Source: Octopus vulgaris (lineage: Eukaryota). From it: a DNA stretch of 64,000 nucleotides. The stretch is taken from the NCBI GenBank assembly GCA_951406725.2, contig OX597825.1, forward strand, positions 73,160,001 through 73,224,000. The letters are read 5' to 3'. Shown in pieces: positions 27,495 through 43,144 of this stretch. Numbering within the stretch: position 1 is the first letter of the stretch; each line of letters starts with the position of its first letter. The position numbers and the translations under genes were made by a program. The notes beneath the pieces were generated by a model that did not search any database, was not told the DNA's origin, and saw nothing but the letters and a program-made list of their open reading frames with translations.

Positions 27495-28360
27495 CACAGT
27501 GTGCGATGGGTAAATTGTCACCGTTTATATTTTTAATTTTGAGCATGCGCATTGTTTGTTTCTTAATTTTCTTGACTACACAGTATAATCGGTTCTGTTA
27601 AACACTGTCTATGAGAAAAACGGCACCATGACACAATTCACTATGCCAGAAATTTGGAAACGACATGTTGCATTGTTTGACATTCGCGCCAGAAGCTCCA
27701 ATACGAACATTTCAGAGTGTTTGGATGTCAATCTGAGGACACTGTACTCTTATGAAATGTAACGAGAGTGATAAAAATCAAATATCCGGTCAACATCACG
27801 GTGTATGGGGTGATCACAAGTGATGGCGACGCTATGCCACCATTCATCTACCAACACAGCCTCAGACTCAACACGGAGGCCGACATCAAGTGCCTGGTGA
27901 AGGTAGTGCTGCCCTGCGCCTAGAGAGCGGCTGCTGGAAGATCCTATGTCTGGCAACAGGACTCTGCACCATACCACACAAGCAGGAGAACGCAATCATG
28001 ACAGTTAGACAATTTCTGCGACCACATCACCCCTAACATCTGACCACCTAACTCCTCAGACTGCAACCCCCCTTGATTATTATGTGTGGGGCGCAGTTGA
28101 GTGAAAGTCCAATAAAACTCGTAATAACAAAGATGAATCGAAGGCAAGGATTATGGAAACATTCACCAACTTAAACAAGGAAACCGTCCACAAGAGTTTC
28201 GGGAGATTTTCAAGTCGTCTGGAGGCTGTGTTTGAAACCAATGGCGATTTTATTGAATAAATTTACTCTAGTATTTCAAGATATGTATTTTTGGTAAATA
28301 TATCTGCTAAAATGAGATATCAATGTTATTTTCATTTTCCGTAATTCAGACGACACCGTG
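27495..28360 (+). mobile_element. Internally deleted DD37D (maT-like) transposon
   Basis: WQQDSAPYHTSRRTQ...PPNSSDCNPLDYYVWGAVE with 37 residues between the 2nd and 3rd D (stops and a +1 frameshift); ends TA-cacagtgt / acaccgtg-TA. Confidence 0.85.
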
Positions 28361-28374
28361 TATATCTGTCTATC

Positions 28375-28443
<69 letters not shown>

Positions 28444-28527
28444 CACACACAGATATACATATATTCTTGTCTACTCAAGGCCTGAAAGTTTTTGGCAAAA
28501 GGGGGCCAGTCGATTAGAACGACCCAG

Positions 28528-28615
<88 letters not shown>

Positions 28616-28961
28616 AATCTAATTTAATTTAATCTAATCTAATCCAATCTAATCTAATCAAATCTAATCTATCAATGTGTTATTTCAGAAAATCAAGAAT
28701 TTTAACACAGAAATTAGTAGTCTCTGAGCCGTGTTTTTCGTACGTAAACCAAGGAATTACTGCAAAACCAAAAAAACCCCAAAAAAACCCCGAAAAGCAA
28801 TGAAAGAAATGACGATTTCAGATTCATCGTTGCTATGTGTTTATATCAACCAATCAAAAACTTTGAACGGCAAGAAACTTTAAGCAAATCAGAAACCTGT
28901 AAAATATTGAACCATGTTTTTAAGAGACAACACAACCGTTCTATTACTCTTTCCATCTACC

Positions 28962-28997
<36 letters not shown>

Positions 28998-29433
28998 TTA
29001 TCTCTTTCTCTCTCCATCTTCTCTCCTCTCTCTCGCCTACGTGTGGCTAACAATGCCGCGCAAATTAGCAATTTCCTATCTCATGATATGCTTACAATAT
29101 AACATGACTAGAACCTGAATTGCCTAATTGATTTGTGGAGACGAATTTTCACAAATGCATTTATGTAACGTTTTGACTTGATTGTTGTAAAGAAGATGTG
29201 AAATCTATCATGTGCAAATTGTTATGTTTAAATCTGTATTCTCGAAACCCACGTGCCATTGTAAATATAATTGTTTTATTTTGATACCCAAACCGAATGA
29301 GATTTATTTTTGTTGATATTTAAGAAAAGGAAAAGGAAAAGAAAAAATTATATATAAATGTTTATTACTATTATTATTTTTGCGCTACGCATTCACTTAA
29401 TCATTTTTAATCTGGTAAGTGTGTGTATGCATG

Positions 29434-29467
<34 letters not shown>

Positions 29468-29591
29468 TGTATGTATGTATGTATGTATGTATATATACAT
29501 TTATGTGTATGTATATACTTATTTATATATATATATACATGTATGTATGTATGTATGTATGTGTATATATATATATACATTTATATGTATG

Positions 29592-29642
<51 letters not shown>

Positions 29643-29652
29643 GTATGTATGC

Positions 29653-29695
<43 letters not shown>

Positions 29696-29991
29696 TATAT
29701 CTAAGCAGATAAGTATATATATATTTATATGAATTTATATATCTATATTACACATAGGCATGTACATACCGACATATATAAACACACGCACACACACACG
29801 AACACATACATGCATATGTGTGTATATGTGTGTGTGCGTGTGTGTGTGTGTGTCGGTGCATACAATTTCATTACCACAAACACGAATAGAACAATATTCA
29901 AGATTGCTTGAATAACACGGATATCTTTCCATTTATTATTAAACCCAACTCCATCCATCCATCTATCCAGCATTCTATATCCATGTATGCA

Positions 29992-30125
<134 letters not shown>

Positions 30126-30220
30126 TGCGCGCGTGTGTGTTTTATGTTTGTACGTATCGACTGTACAATCGACTGATACCGTTTCCAGATAAGAATCTGT
30201 AAGTTCATATTTGAAGTGGG

Positions 30221-30317
<97 letters not shown>

Positions 30318-30617
30318 AAACACTTCCGCTATTTCATTGGAATACGGACAATGTAAAAATTGCTAAGAGTTCCCTTTCTTTCCTTATATTTTTAGCTATC
30401 ATGGTGTAGCTAATTTTAAGTTGAGCCAGAGATGAAAGCTGTACGAGGTAGCTTCGATATACTAGATATAACAGCTAGACCTTTCAAAAATTGTGTCATG
30501 ATAATGTGTAATACATACTCAAGTATATAGCTTTAAATATAAAACAGGCATTAGGAAATATAGACGCAAGTAGTATTCCGCATAAAAACGAGATGGTCAC
30601 GTAAGGAATATTTTTAA

Positions 30618-30822
30618 CCCTTTAGCATTTAATCCGGACACATCATGTTTTTTTTTGTTAAAATTGACCTGATCAAACTTCTCACACTGACCTTACAATG
30701 CCATTCTAAAAATATACAAACGCACTTTGAAATCTTGAAGCTACAGAATAATGCCTGTTTAGTCCAAAATAATGTGAATTAATAGTTAATACATTCGACA
30801 AAGTAATCTGAATACTAAAGGA
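30618..30822. mobile_element. piggyBac-type MITE
   Basis: TTAA-ccctttagcatt ... aatactaaagga-TTAA. Confidence 0.7.
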
Positions 30823-32058
30823 TTAAATATGTTGGTTTATCGGACTAGGTGTTAAAAATACAATAACAAACAACCATAACTATATTAGTGACCCTATTAC
30901 CTCTAATATGGCAAGCGATGGATATAGTTGGCTGTGGAGGTCTAATAAAACCAAAACACACACTGAGTTGTCGGCCTTACTTTCTAAGTTCATATATCAA
31001 TATTAACCATTAAGATGTTTTTCTTCTCGTCCTCCCTAAAGATGTATTATTCCTCTTCTTACTAATTTATGAAGGAGTCCCTAAATTCAGTTTTTTTTAA
31101 TGGATAATTCACAAGGTTTTGGTCGGTCTGATGTTACAACAGAAGACACCTGCCCAAGGTGTCACGCAGTGAGGTTGAACTCGGAACCATGTAGTTGGGA
31201 AACAAACTCCTTATGATACAGTCACACCTGCGCTTACACACACACACATCCATACGTACATACATACGCATACAGACACATACATATATACATGCATACA
31301 TACATACATACATACATACATACATACATACATACATACATACATACATACATAATACATATATGTGTGTGTATCTGTGTGTGTGTGTATATATCTGTGT
31401 GTGTGTGTGTATGTGTGTGTGAAGTTAAGAATATGAATTATATGCATAAAAATAACGAATACTCTCTGAAAAAACGGTGCTAAAAATTATTCCCCTCGAT
31501 CATAACGCCTGCCACTTTAACCAATTTCCGGTTCCTTCCTTGTAGCACGGACAAATAAATAAGACTTGTTGCTTGCCAGTTTGTTTTCGTTCATAGTTTG
31601 ACCAATTCCTCACCTGCAGAATTTCGATGTCGTTGATAACAGAAGTGTGCTGCTCCCGTGAATTTGTCAGAACGTGAGCGACAGTATCGAATATGGTGAG
31701 TTTGAGTGGAACTATTCTAGGTATGAGAGATTGGAGAACAACCGTTGGACAAAGACTGTCGACAACGAAAGCACCATTCTGAACTTTCGAATTTCTCTTC
31801 GCATTTTAGAATTTTATTCTTACCAATGAAACTTGTATGTTGTTGATGCCATAAGAATTTTATAAGCCTTCGCGATAACGTCAAAGAATTCTGTTTTTTT
31901 AGAACAATGGATCTCGAATCACATAAAGTTATAAATAATGACATGTAATTTGTTTTCTTCTATTCTATCTTAAACAGAGTGATACTTTTTTATATGGCAC
32001 AGAGACTGGTTTATTGAATGGTATCAATCTCCTTGTCTTTTGTGTCTATGCGTACATA

Positions 32059-32096
<38 letters not shown>

Positions 32097-32110
32097 ACAC
32101 ACACACACCT

Positions 32111-32473
32111 GTTCTCTCGTGACAGGTTTGGTAGCCTTCAGCTAACACTATCTCCTCCGAGTCCTTGTGATGCAAGTGGACCAAAATTGACAGTGTGATA
32201 GAAGGCTGGCTCTTCATTCCGTAGAAGAAAAATTTCAAATGTTAAGACCAAAAATTATTTACATCAAAAAGGTGCTTTTTATCTATGAAAATCCCTATCT
32301 TTTACGATTTTTTGACTGCTGTGTCGCCATTTTTCGGTGCATTTCAACCAGAAAAATGTTCACTTAAAGAGTATAACAAGCTACATAATGCAAAATTTTT
32401 TACTTTTCAAAAATTTCAATTCTAAAGGGTCGAAAATAAAACAAACCCGAGCAACGCCGGGATATACTGCTAA
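32111..32473 (+). mobile_element. Non-autonomous Helitron, second copy
   Basis: Reverse-complement match to 10021-10420; 3' hairpin cccgagcaacgccggg followed by ctaa (decayed CTAG). Confidence 0.7.
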
Positions 32474-32481
32474 TATATATG

Positions 32482-32536
<55 letters not shown>

Positions 32537-32698
32537 ATGCATATTTTAGAATATCAAGTGACAAGAGAAAGGCAGTACATTGATTAAGATGTATTCAATT
32601 TTCGGAACCGGAAATTATTCATATGGATTACCACAAGAACGATGACATTTTGTTTTTCAGTCTCTTTTTCGCCAGCCCGTCTCTCCACCCATCCGTCC

Positions 32699-32734
<36 letters not shown>

Positions 32735-33179
32735 GCCTCTCTCTCTTTCTCTCTCTCTTTGTATCTATATCTATTAGGCTATCAAGAGATAAAAAGATAT
32801 AGATATATATTCTCGTAACGCAAAGTCATTTCGAATTTATAATGGAAAAGCCATGCTGACGTTGAAGGTCTTTCTTTGAATAATATATAAGTGTAATGAA
32901 ATAACATATAAACAAAATGTCGAAATTAATGGAAACAGTAAGATTTTAACTCTGTTATTAGAAAATTCTCTTCTTATTTACAGTTCATTCTTGAAGCATT
33001 AAAGTGAAGCAAGTGTGACAGAATTACCATATAAATGGATATTTGAGACATTATTTTAATGAATATGTATATATGTGTGTACGAATATAAATATATAGGC
33101 GCAACTGTGGGTGTGTGTTAAGAAGCTTGGTTTCGCGCCATTTACCATTGATACCATTCAAATTTGGAGGCGCCAGAGG

Positions 33180-33265
<86 letters not shown>

Positions 33266-33394
33266 AATATGCATGTATTTATAAATATGCTTATATATGA
33301 ATGTTTTTATATGCATGAATGTTTGTATACACACTCACATATATACATGTACATACACACCCTACACACATGCATATGCTACCTCCATCACATG

Positions 33395-33753
33395 CTGGAG
33401 CACCACCAGCGTAATCACCTTTTCAGTGGCCATTCTTTTACGATTGTCTTTTGATGAAGAAGAATGTTTGAGACAACTGCCCTCTTTTAAAGTTTCTTGC
33501 TGTGATGTAGGTTTATCTGGGATCCTGTACAGGAGGAAGTCAAGTCATTTCTTGAAAGCATACACCCCTACACCATGATGATGCTTCAGCTGCTATGCCA
33601 AGATATTAAATAGCTGTGGGTCCTTGAATAAGAAGTACTGCAGTACATGGCCCTCACTCTAGACCTGATAGATGGGACCTTTGGAACAGTACAGTACCCT
33701 TCGGCTCGCTGGTTAGTATAGCTCTGGATGCCAAATTTTGGTGCTAACCCCTC
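33395..33753 (-). mobile_element. CR1/L2-group LINE 3' fragment
   Basis: EGLAPKFGI...PQLFNIL...AFKK*LDFLL..IPDKP, resembling the WNxLP...FKxxLD C-terminus of CR1-group ORF2. Confidence 0.6.
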
Positions 33754-33804
33754 ATATATACATAAATGTATGAAAATATATATGTGCATATATGCGTATA
33801 TATG

Positions 33805-33898
<94 letters not shown>

Positions 33899-34491
33899 CA
33901 TTTCACTTTGCATTTATATATTTATGAATGTATGTGTGTGTGTGTGTGAAAATGTACATTATCATGAATGATAAAATTCTATTCCACGGTATGTGAATGG
34001 TTTCCTCAAGTTAAGAATGACTGGGTGGTTGGCTGTCTTTGAAAACAATTCCTTGAACAAGAAACCGCATTGTTTCACCCACCCCCGAATGCCTAACACC
34101 TCCATATCTATTTTTCCTCGACACCCACGCATCCGATCACCTACCCGCCCATCCAACCACCCACCCTCTGAACAAACCGCTACGTACCGTCCCACACAAA
34201 AACCTTTCAACGAACACCTTATATAAACATATAAACATCCCCATACCGACAAGTTGAACAATCTAAGAGACTTCCTTTCCCTGCCACCCCACCCCTCCAG
34301 GCACCACTGTCTCTTACTCCTCCCTCATATATGTTTTCGCGCGCGTATGTGTGTGTATATAGACACACACACACACACATGTATGTATGCATGCATATAT
34401 ATACGTGTGTATGTGTGTGCATATATGTGCATATATATGTATCTATATATATATATATATATATGCAAACGTATATATATATTCGTGCATA

Positions 34492-34568
<77 letters not shown>

Positions 34569-34783
34569 ATCTATCTATCTATCCATCCATCCATCTATAC
34601 ACATACATACGTGTGCATTATATGTGTTCGTATGTGTATCTAATACTGTTTTGATATGTATCTGTGGTATGCAAATAAATGTCTAAGTATGTATGTATGT
34701 ATGTATGTATGTATGTATGTATGTATGTATGTATGTATGTATGTATGTATGTATGTATGTATGTATGTATGTATGTATGTATG

Positions 34784-34902
<119 letters not shown>

Positions 34903-34905
34903 GTG

Positions 34906-34998
<93 letters not shown>

Positions 34999-35714
34999 TT
35001 ATCAGTCTATCTCTCTCTATCTCTCTATCATTGTCTCTTTCTCTCTATACATCTATATGTTCCTTCTTCTCTATCTTTCCATCTCCCCCCATCCGTCTAC
35101 GTATCTACTTACCTACATATACATGTATAAATTGATAGGTAAAGAAAAAGCGTCGAGATAAACATGTGTGTGTGTGTATATACATGAATGATACACCCAT
35201 GCTGTATCATACGTTTACTCACAAACACTTCACATGTTATTTTGCGAATGATGTTTGTTTGGTAAAGTTCTACATATTGGGCAAAAGGCTGTTTCATTCA
35301 AACTTTATAAGTCTTCATTGCGTAGTGGGCGAGGCTGGAGAGGCTGTTTTCTAAGCTCTCTTAACAGCCGCGTTTAACATGTGTAAGTCTATATTTGTGT
35401 ATGAATGTATGAATATATGTATGTATGTATGAATGTGTGCGTGCGTATGTGCGTGGGTGAATATAAATGTATATGCGCATATGCAAATATGTATGTGTAC
35501 ATAAATATATAAATATGTATATATATATATATATGTATATATACACACACGTATAAATATACACATACATACATATATTCATACATGTCTGTGTGTGTAT
35601 GCTTGTTTTTGTGTCTTTTCATGAGGATATAGGAGGCACTCAAAACAGACATTTTGACCAATCAGTAAGCAGTTCTTACCTCCTACTCTTATCTTACGTT
35701 TTTCTTGATACGTA

Positions 35715-35795
<81 letters not shown>

Positions 35796-36500
35796 TATAT
35801 ATATATATTTATATATATATATATAAATATATATATATATTTATATATATCCACATATACATATATATATATATGCAAACACACACATACGTATAGTATA
35901 CACCCCCACACAATATTTGTAATGCATGTATGTATGTATGTATGTATGTATGTATGTATGTATGTATGTATGTATGTATGTATGTATGCACGCGTGTATG
36001 CGTGTTGTTCTTGCATATTTTCACCGAACATTCGTAGGATTCTTTATAGGCACAAGGCCATACAAATATTTGTTTGTTCTGTTGTTTTGGTGGTAAAATA
36101 TTCAATGAAATCGACCCAAGTATTTGACTGGCATTATTATACCGACCCCACGGGAAAGATTAAAGTTAAAAACAAATCGGAATGTAGAGTGACTCAACTA
36201 ATTATCGATATTTCATGCTCGTTTTTGCTTTTTTATTTTCTTCTAATTCACCACTTCCATTTTGACTGTCTTTTGAATGACGTCGTCAATCTACTGCCGC
36301 CATTAATTTTGTCGTTTAAGAAATTATTCACATCAGAATGGAAGTATAATATGGTATGAATTCTATGTTCAATATAAGAACAATATTGATGCTGTTCAGA
36401 TTAGGGAAAGACTAGAAGACTGTGCAGAAGCTGGTTGGATTGCTGTACACTTTCCTGAAGAGCTTGGCTCTCAGGGTTTTATTGGGACTAGATTGAGACA

Positions 36501-36593
<93 letters not shown>

Positions 36594-37189
36594 CATTATT
36601 ATTGTTATTATTATTATCATTATTATCATTAAATCAAAATGTAAAGAGACGGAAAAAAACCCACTAAGCATTTTTTCAGATGCGCTTACGATTTTGCTAG
36701 TTCGCCGCCTTAATAATTGATAATAAGATACCTTTATACCGCTATCAAATATTTGATTGATAAAGTTACATTAACCAATGTTTTGTATATTACTACAATG
36801 ATGCATTAATACGGAGCGGTTTCAAAGAAAAAAAACTTAATTATACAAGTAATAATTATAGACATAACACGCCTAGAGAAAAATAGAATACACATATAGT
36901 TTTGAAGACGGAATTTGTGTTGCTAGCAATTTCTGAAATCCCCTTCATAAGTATGTACTTGTTACCAGTTCAAATATACTTGAGACGTATTCAAACCCGT
37001 AAGAAAATCATTCGGTGCATTTTGTTACGGAGGAAAAAAATTTTCGCTATAAACAAAAAGGTGTGAATATCTGAAATTAATCCGGGGCGCCCTCTACCAA
37101 GATCTATTTCGGGGTAGTTATCTCCTCTTCAACAGCGAACACTGGAAAGGGAAGCGCTGCGGACTGATTACAAGGGATTACGTTTCTCA

Positions 37190-37421
37190 AGGCGGCGAGC
37201 TGGCAGAATCGTTAGCACGCAGGGCGAAATGCGTAGCCGTATTTCGTCTGTCGTTACGTTCTGAGTTCAAATTCCGCCGAGGTCGACTTTGCCTTTCATC
37301 CTTTCGGGGTCGATAAATAAAGTACCAGTTTCGCACTGGGGTCGATGTAATCGACTTAATCCCTTTGTCTGTCTTTGTTTATCCCCTCTATGTTTAGTCC
37401 CTTGTGGGTAATAAAGAAATA
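37190..37421 (+). mobile_element. SINE family A monomer
   Basis: Near-identical to 3794-4026. Confidence 0.9.
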
Positions 37422-37879
37422 TATATCCCAGTCAAAGCACTATGACTGGCTGCACGGCTGCAGTAGAATACAGATTGTAAGCGCTATGCAGTGGTGTGTA
37501 CATATATAAACTAGTGATTAGTTCAAATATCCTCTCATTTGGTGTGTTTACAGCTTTCAATAATTTCACATCGTTAGAATAAAGGAATAGTGGTATTGTA
37601 CTCTATTTTGTAATTTCAATCATTAGAATCAAGAAATGGAGTTAAATCCATGATATGTTGGCCAAAAGTCATCCGATATTAAATCAAAGTTCCATAAATA
37701 CTATCTGTAATTTTGTATTGACTCGAATGTAAAATTGTGCCGCTCAAGAAGGACTTCAGTTTGAACATTTTTTTTCATGATGTTTCATATTTAGATGCTT
37801 TTATCAAATTCATTCTGTTGCTAAACATAAATAAATCTTGGAATTAAATGGATAACTTTTGGCCAACTCTGTATGTTCT

Positions 37880-38022
37880 TTTATTCTTTTACTTGTTTCA
37901 GTCATTTCACTGTTGTCATGCTGGAGCACGGCTTTGAAGGGTGTTTTAGTCATAGAAATCGATCCCATGATTTGTTATTTATAAACCTAGTACTTATTCT
38001 ATCGCCCTCTTTTGCCAAAACT

Positions 38023-38077
<55 letters not shown>

Positions 38078-38183
38078 TTGTGTGTATATATGTTACGAGG
38101 ACGTAAAAGCACACCAACATCGGTTGTCAAGCGATGATGGGGGACAAACACAGACACAGAACACACACCAACAAACACCCCTT

Positions 38184-38245
<62 letters not shown>

Positions 38246-38390
38246 GACGGGCTTCTTTCAGTGCCCGCCTAGCAAATCCACTCACAAGGCTTTGGTAACA
38301 CTGAGGCTATAATAACTGACAAGCAGTGGGACTGAAACCGGAACCTTGTGGTTAGGAAGCAAGCTTCTTACCACATAGTCACCACGCCTA
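37880..38390 (-). mobile_element. SINE family D copy with two internal microsatellites
   Basis: Similar to 39402-39843. Confidence 0.7.
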
Positions 38391-38401
38391 TATATAACGC
38401 C

Positions 38402-38438
<37 letters not shown>

Positions 38439-38921
38439 TTGTGTGTATATATGAATGCATCGTTTCCCTGATCTATGATCTCTTAGACCACTCACTTATA
38501 CACACACGCCCGCGTGCACTGCTTTTCTACGATCTAAGAGTTTGACAATTAGAATCGTATTTTGATGGTAATTATTGATCGTAGAAGTGAAACTGGAAAA
38601 CTAGACTGCAATTTTTAAGGCCTACATCCATGCTAATAGTAGTAGATGTACTGTAACTTAGCAGAATACTGCTGAGTTATACTGTACTATCAAATCATTC
38701 AGCAATCAGCCATTGTTGCTAGCGTCGTTTTATTCTAAGCCAGTTCTGAATGACCAGACTAATGAAGAAAAGGCGTTTAAGCAATTATAATACTATTTTC
38801 CTATCAGTTATTGGTTTCTCTCGTAAAGTGGATGTTCACATACTTGTTAAATGACTAATTTTGGTAAAAAGCAGGGGAGAGAATCTGGAATTCCAAGGAA
38901 TCGGAACAAATAATCTAATAT

Positions 38922-39154
38922 ATGTTTCTTTATTACCCACAAGGGTACAAACATAGAAGGGACAAACAAGGACAGACAAACGAATTCAGTCGATTACATC
39001 GACCCCAGTGCGTAACTGGTACTTAATTTATCGACCCCGAAAGGATGAAAGGCAAAGTCGACCATGGCGGAATTTGAACTCAGAACGTAACGACAGACGA
39101 AATACGGCTAAGCATTTCGCCCGGCGTGCTAACGTTTCTGCCAGCTCGCCGCCT
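38922..39154 (-). mobile_element. SINE family A monomer
   Basis: Reverse complement of family A. Confidence 0.9.
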
Positions 39155-39401
39155 TTTAATATAATTTAATATAGTGGGCAGTGGATCTGACCTTTAGTAG
39201 TAACGAGATAATTACAGGTATGCTTCAATCTTATTAAACGGAACATAGTCGTATACGTTATTGCCAGATCTTAGGATGACTAGAGAAGTAAATAGGGTTT
39301 TCCTAAATGAACATTGAATGGTGTTATCACTTTAAAGGTAGCTGGCGGATGTCATCTGCATAATAAATTATACTGAATATAGCAGAATATTTCACAAGAT
39401 A

Positions 39402-39564
39402 TGCGTAGGAGTGGCTGTGTGGTAAGTAGCTTGCTTACCAACCACATGGTTCCGGGTTCATTCCCACTGCGTGGCACCTTGGGCAAGTGTCTTCTACTAT
39501 AGCCTAGGGCCGACCAAAGCCTTGTGAGTGGATTTGGTAGACGGAAACTGAAAGAAGCTCGTCG

Positions 39565-39635
<71 letters not shown>

Positions 39636-39843
39636 TTGTATGCCTGAGTTTTTTCGCCCAACATCGCTTGACAACCGATGGTGGTGTGTTTAGGTCCCCG
39701 TAACTTAGCGGTTCGGCAAAAGAGACCGATAGAATAAGTACTAGGCTTACAAGGAATAAGTGCTGGGGTCGATTTGCTCGACTAAAGGTGGTGCTCTAGC
39801 ATAACCGCAGTCAAATGACTGAAACAAGTAAAAGAGTAAAGAG
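39402..39843 (+). mobile_element. SINE family D, full length
   Basis: A-box tggctgtgtggtaa, B-box ggttcattccc, CORE-like caccttgggcaagt, internal (TA)n(TG)n, tail (gtaaaaga)2. Confidence 0.85.
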
Positions 39844-40464
39844 TATAGGGTGTAATTTGATGGATGAATGGTTGCCAAGCCTTTGTAGGTCAGTAAACTA
39901 TGTTAGAGACTTCTTCGTTAGTTTTCTTTTTAAATCCTTCGATGAATGAATTGCAAAGAGGAACAAACAATAAAAGACAATAGTTGATATTGAACTCAGA
40001 AACATAAAAGACAAAGCTAAAATTATTCCCGTAATTCATTTAGTTCGACTCTCTGCCATATTTGTTTTGATTCGATTTTGGACGAATGGTCATCAATATT
40101 ATCACATGTTACAAAATGACCAACTAGTATATGATTACAAAGATCGATAACTGGAGACAAAAGAAGGAGGGATTGTGATAAACCTGAACAATAATCCTAT
40201 CAACGACCCACAGAGATGATCTAGGATAAAATTCAACTCGGTTGGACCTAAATAATGACTTGATTGATTACATCAGTTCGGTCAATCAATTAATTGTGAT
40301 TGGCTGATAAAAATGATATCAATTATCGTCTGGCTTTTTTTTCTTCTAATCAGCAGTATTCATCTATAGGTGATTAGTCCTATTGATTTTGAAAGAGAGA
40401 AGGAGAAAGCGAGAGAGAAAGGAAGAGAGAGAGAGAGAGAGAGAGGGGAGAGATGGATAGATAA

Positions 40465-40533
<69 letters not shown>

Positions 40534-40978
40534 GAGGTATGATGGAGCTTTCACGTCTGTGAATTTTCGCTATGGACATACAGGAGGTACTAAGTAGTTA
40601 TACTGAAAAATTAGAGTCGAGGAAAGAAGCCGAGTCACATACTTGTTCTTATTTGCTATGGTGAAGGAAGAGCAGTGGTCATTGGCTTTGCCGGTCGTCG
40701 GAATTATGTAAAACCGACACTATTAACACTCCACTTGAACTACTGTACGTCGGCTACTTCAGGAGACACACTCACACTCACGCTCATGCACACACTCGTT
40801 CAAATACGCATACATACATTAAATCGAAGACTGGAGTTTATGGAACTATTTATAATTCGATAGTTACGATTGTGTCAATACAACATGGCAAGTCCAGTTC
40901 AGGAACATAAAATATTAACATTAATATTAGTATAACGAATTCATAATATAATAATACACTTAACACTTTGGATGTAAT

Positions 40979-41091
<113 letters not shown>

Positions 41092-41174
41092 GAAATTTAT
41101 AAAAAAAACAAAAGACAAGACAGGTATAGAAACAAGAAAGTCTATTAGTTTGATGCTTTGGGAAAATGGAGAAG

Positions 41175-41212
41175 TCTTTTACGTTTCGAGCCTACGCTCT
41201 TCGACAGAAAGA
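41175..41212 (-). ncRNA. Ultra-minimal hammerhead-like motif (A6U variant)
   Basis: tcttt-CTGTCGA-a-gagc(gtag)gctc-GAAA-c-GTA-aaaga: 5-bp stem I, 4-bp stem II, stem III reduced to palindromic acgt. Insert 41089-41274 lies between (TA)n runs. Confidence 0.6.
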
Positions 41213-41274
41213 AATAAGGGGAACTAGAGAGACAATGACAAAAAGAAGTGTAGAGTTCAGCAAGCCAACATGGC

Positions 41275-41311
<37 letters not shown>

Positions 41312-42590
41312 ATATACACATACATACATATATATATATATATACATATATATACATACATATATACATACATACATATTTATGCATAGAGATATATGTA
41401 ATATATTGTAAATATATACATATATGATATAATACACACTCACACATACACACACACACATACTTATATATATAGCCATGGTTAAATACTTTCTGTTCAT
41501 AAGTCCGTGTTCTGTTCATAAGAACGTGTTCGGACTATACAAGAGCAACAACGAAAGCGACTTCAATAACGACAACATTAATTGATGCTGCCAAAGTAGC
41601 AATATATGTCTACTTGAATGGAATAGCTTAACACCTTACCTATGACTTTTCAATCTCATCCATCATATCTCCTTTTTTTCAGTATAGGTATGAAGCAGGA
41701 AAAAACACCTTTGATTACCAGCCAACTATTATTGCTTCATTTACCATTTTCAACATGTTTCCAGGTTTCATTTGAGACTTACAAAAATTGTTTGACTCAA
41801 GAATTACGTTTCAAATAAAAGGCATGTAATATTGAAAACCATTTTATTTTACTGTATTAGCACGCATACATTTACTTGTATTGCAACGTCTTATAAATTT
41901 AAGACCAACAGAGCATGGTGATGGATTTTAAGGCTTCAATAAAAGTTTATTTTTATTCTCTACCGACAAGAAAATTTTAAGGACCTCGTAATAGGTAAAA
42001 AAAAAATGAAACACAGACAAAAAAATTGTGAATTCTATGCATATTTTTCTTTATAATTCCATAATAACAAATTAAGATTTCTGATCTTGCCAAATATCAT
42101 GAAGGAAGGATGATCTCTCTTGCAACAACCGCAACCGCTGGGAAAAACAGGTGCTTGAATAATTATATGTATATAAATTCATTCGTTTATTCATTCATTC
42201 ATTCATTCATTCATATATACATACATACATACATACATACATACATACATACATACATACATACTTGCATACATATATACATAGATGCACACACATACAT
42301 GCACATATATATATATATATATACATAAATACATATATACACATATATAAATATGGTTTATATATATATATATGTGTGTATATATATATATACATACACA
42401 CACACTAACCTTGAACTAACCCTGAAATCGGTCCGATATGGTGATAATGGAATTTTTTAGAGATTTCTGTCGGCCTTTTTTCGAGTAGCATGCGTACTGG
42501 GTAAAAAATTATATGGTAAATGGACAATATGTCCAATTTTCAGCATATTTGGCATTAGAAATTTTTTCGTTTGCCCTTATTTATAAGTTG

Positions 42591-42635
<45 letters not shown>

Positions 42636-43067
42636 GTATATGTAAGTGTGTGTGTGTATGTGTGTGTTTGTGAGCATTATTTAAACTTGTTTTTTATATA
42701 TCACTCTGTGTAAAAAACAGTTTGTCAGGAGTCCATCTACGGATTTGCAATATAGAATTGCAATGAACCATAACCTTGGACCCTACCTCAAGAATACCCG
42801 GAGTTCTTCACTAATCTAAATAATATTGTTAGCCTGGACAGCTTACGAAGTATTTTGCCCGAATTGATAATCCCTCTCTATTAGCACCTCTTTTGCTATA
42901 TATATATATATATATATATATGTAAAATAGTGTACATTTAAACACAAAGAGAAATTACCTATAACGGGCAATTTCTACATACTAGGAGACAGTGAAAACG
43001 ACCGAAGACCACGAAAAAAAAAATTTAAGCAATTTCAAAGAGAATGAAAAATAAAAACTTTTAGCTC

Positions 43068-43144
<77 letters not shown>

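Noticed and set aside
31490-31800. Possible mariner C-terminal remnant on minus
   Set aside because: Only a weak YKEG..KLVK resemblance; too decayed.
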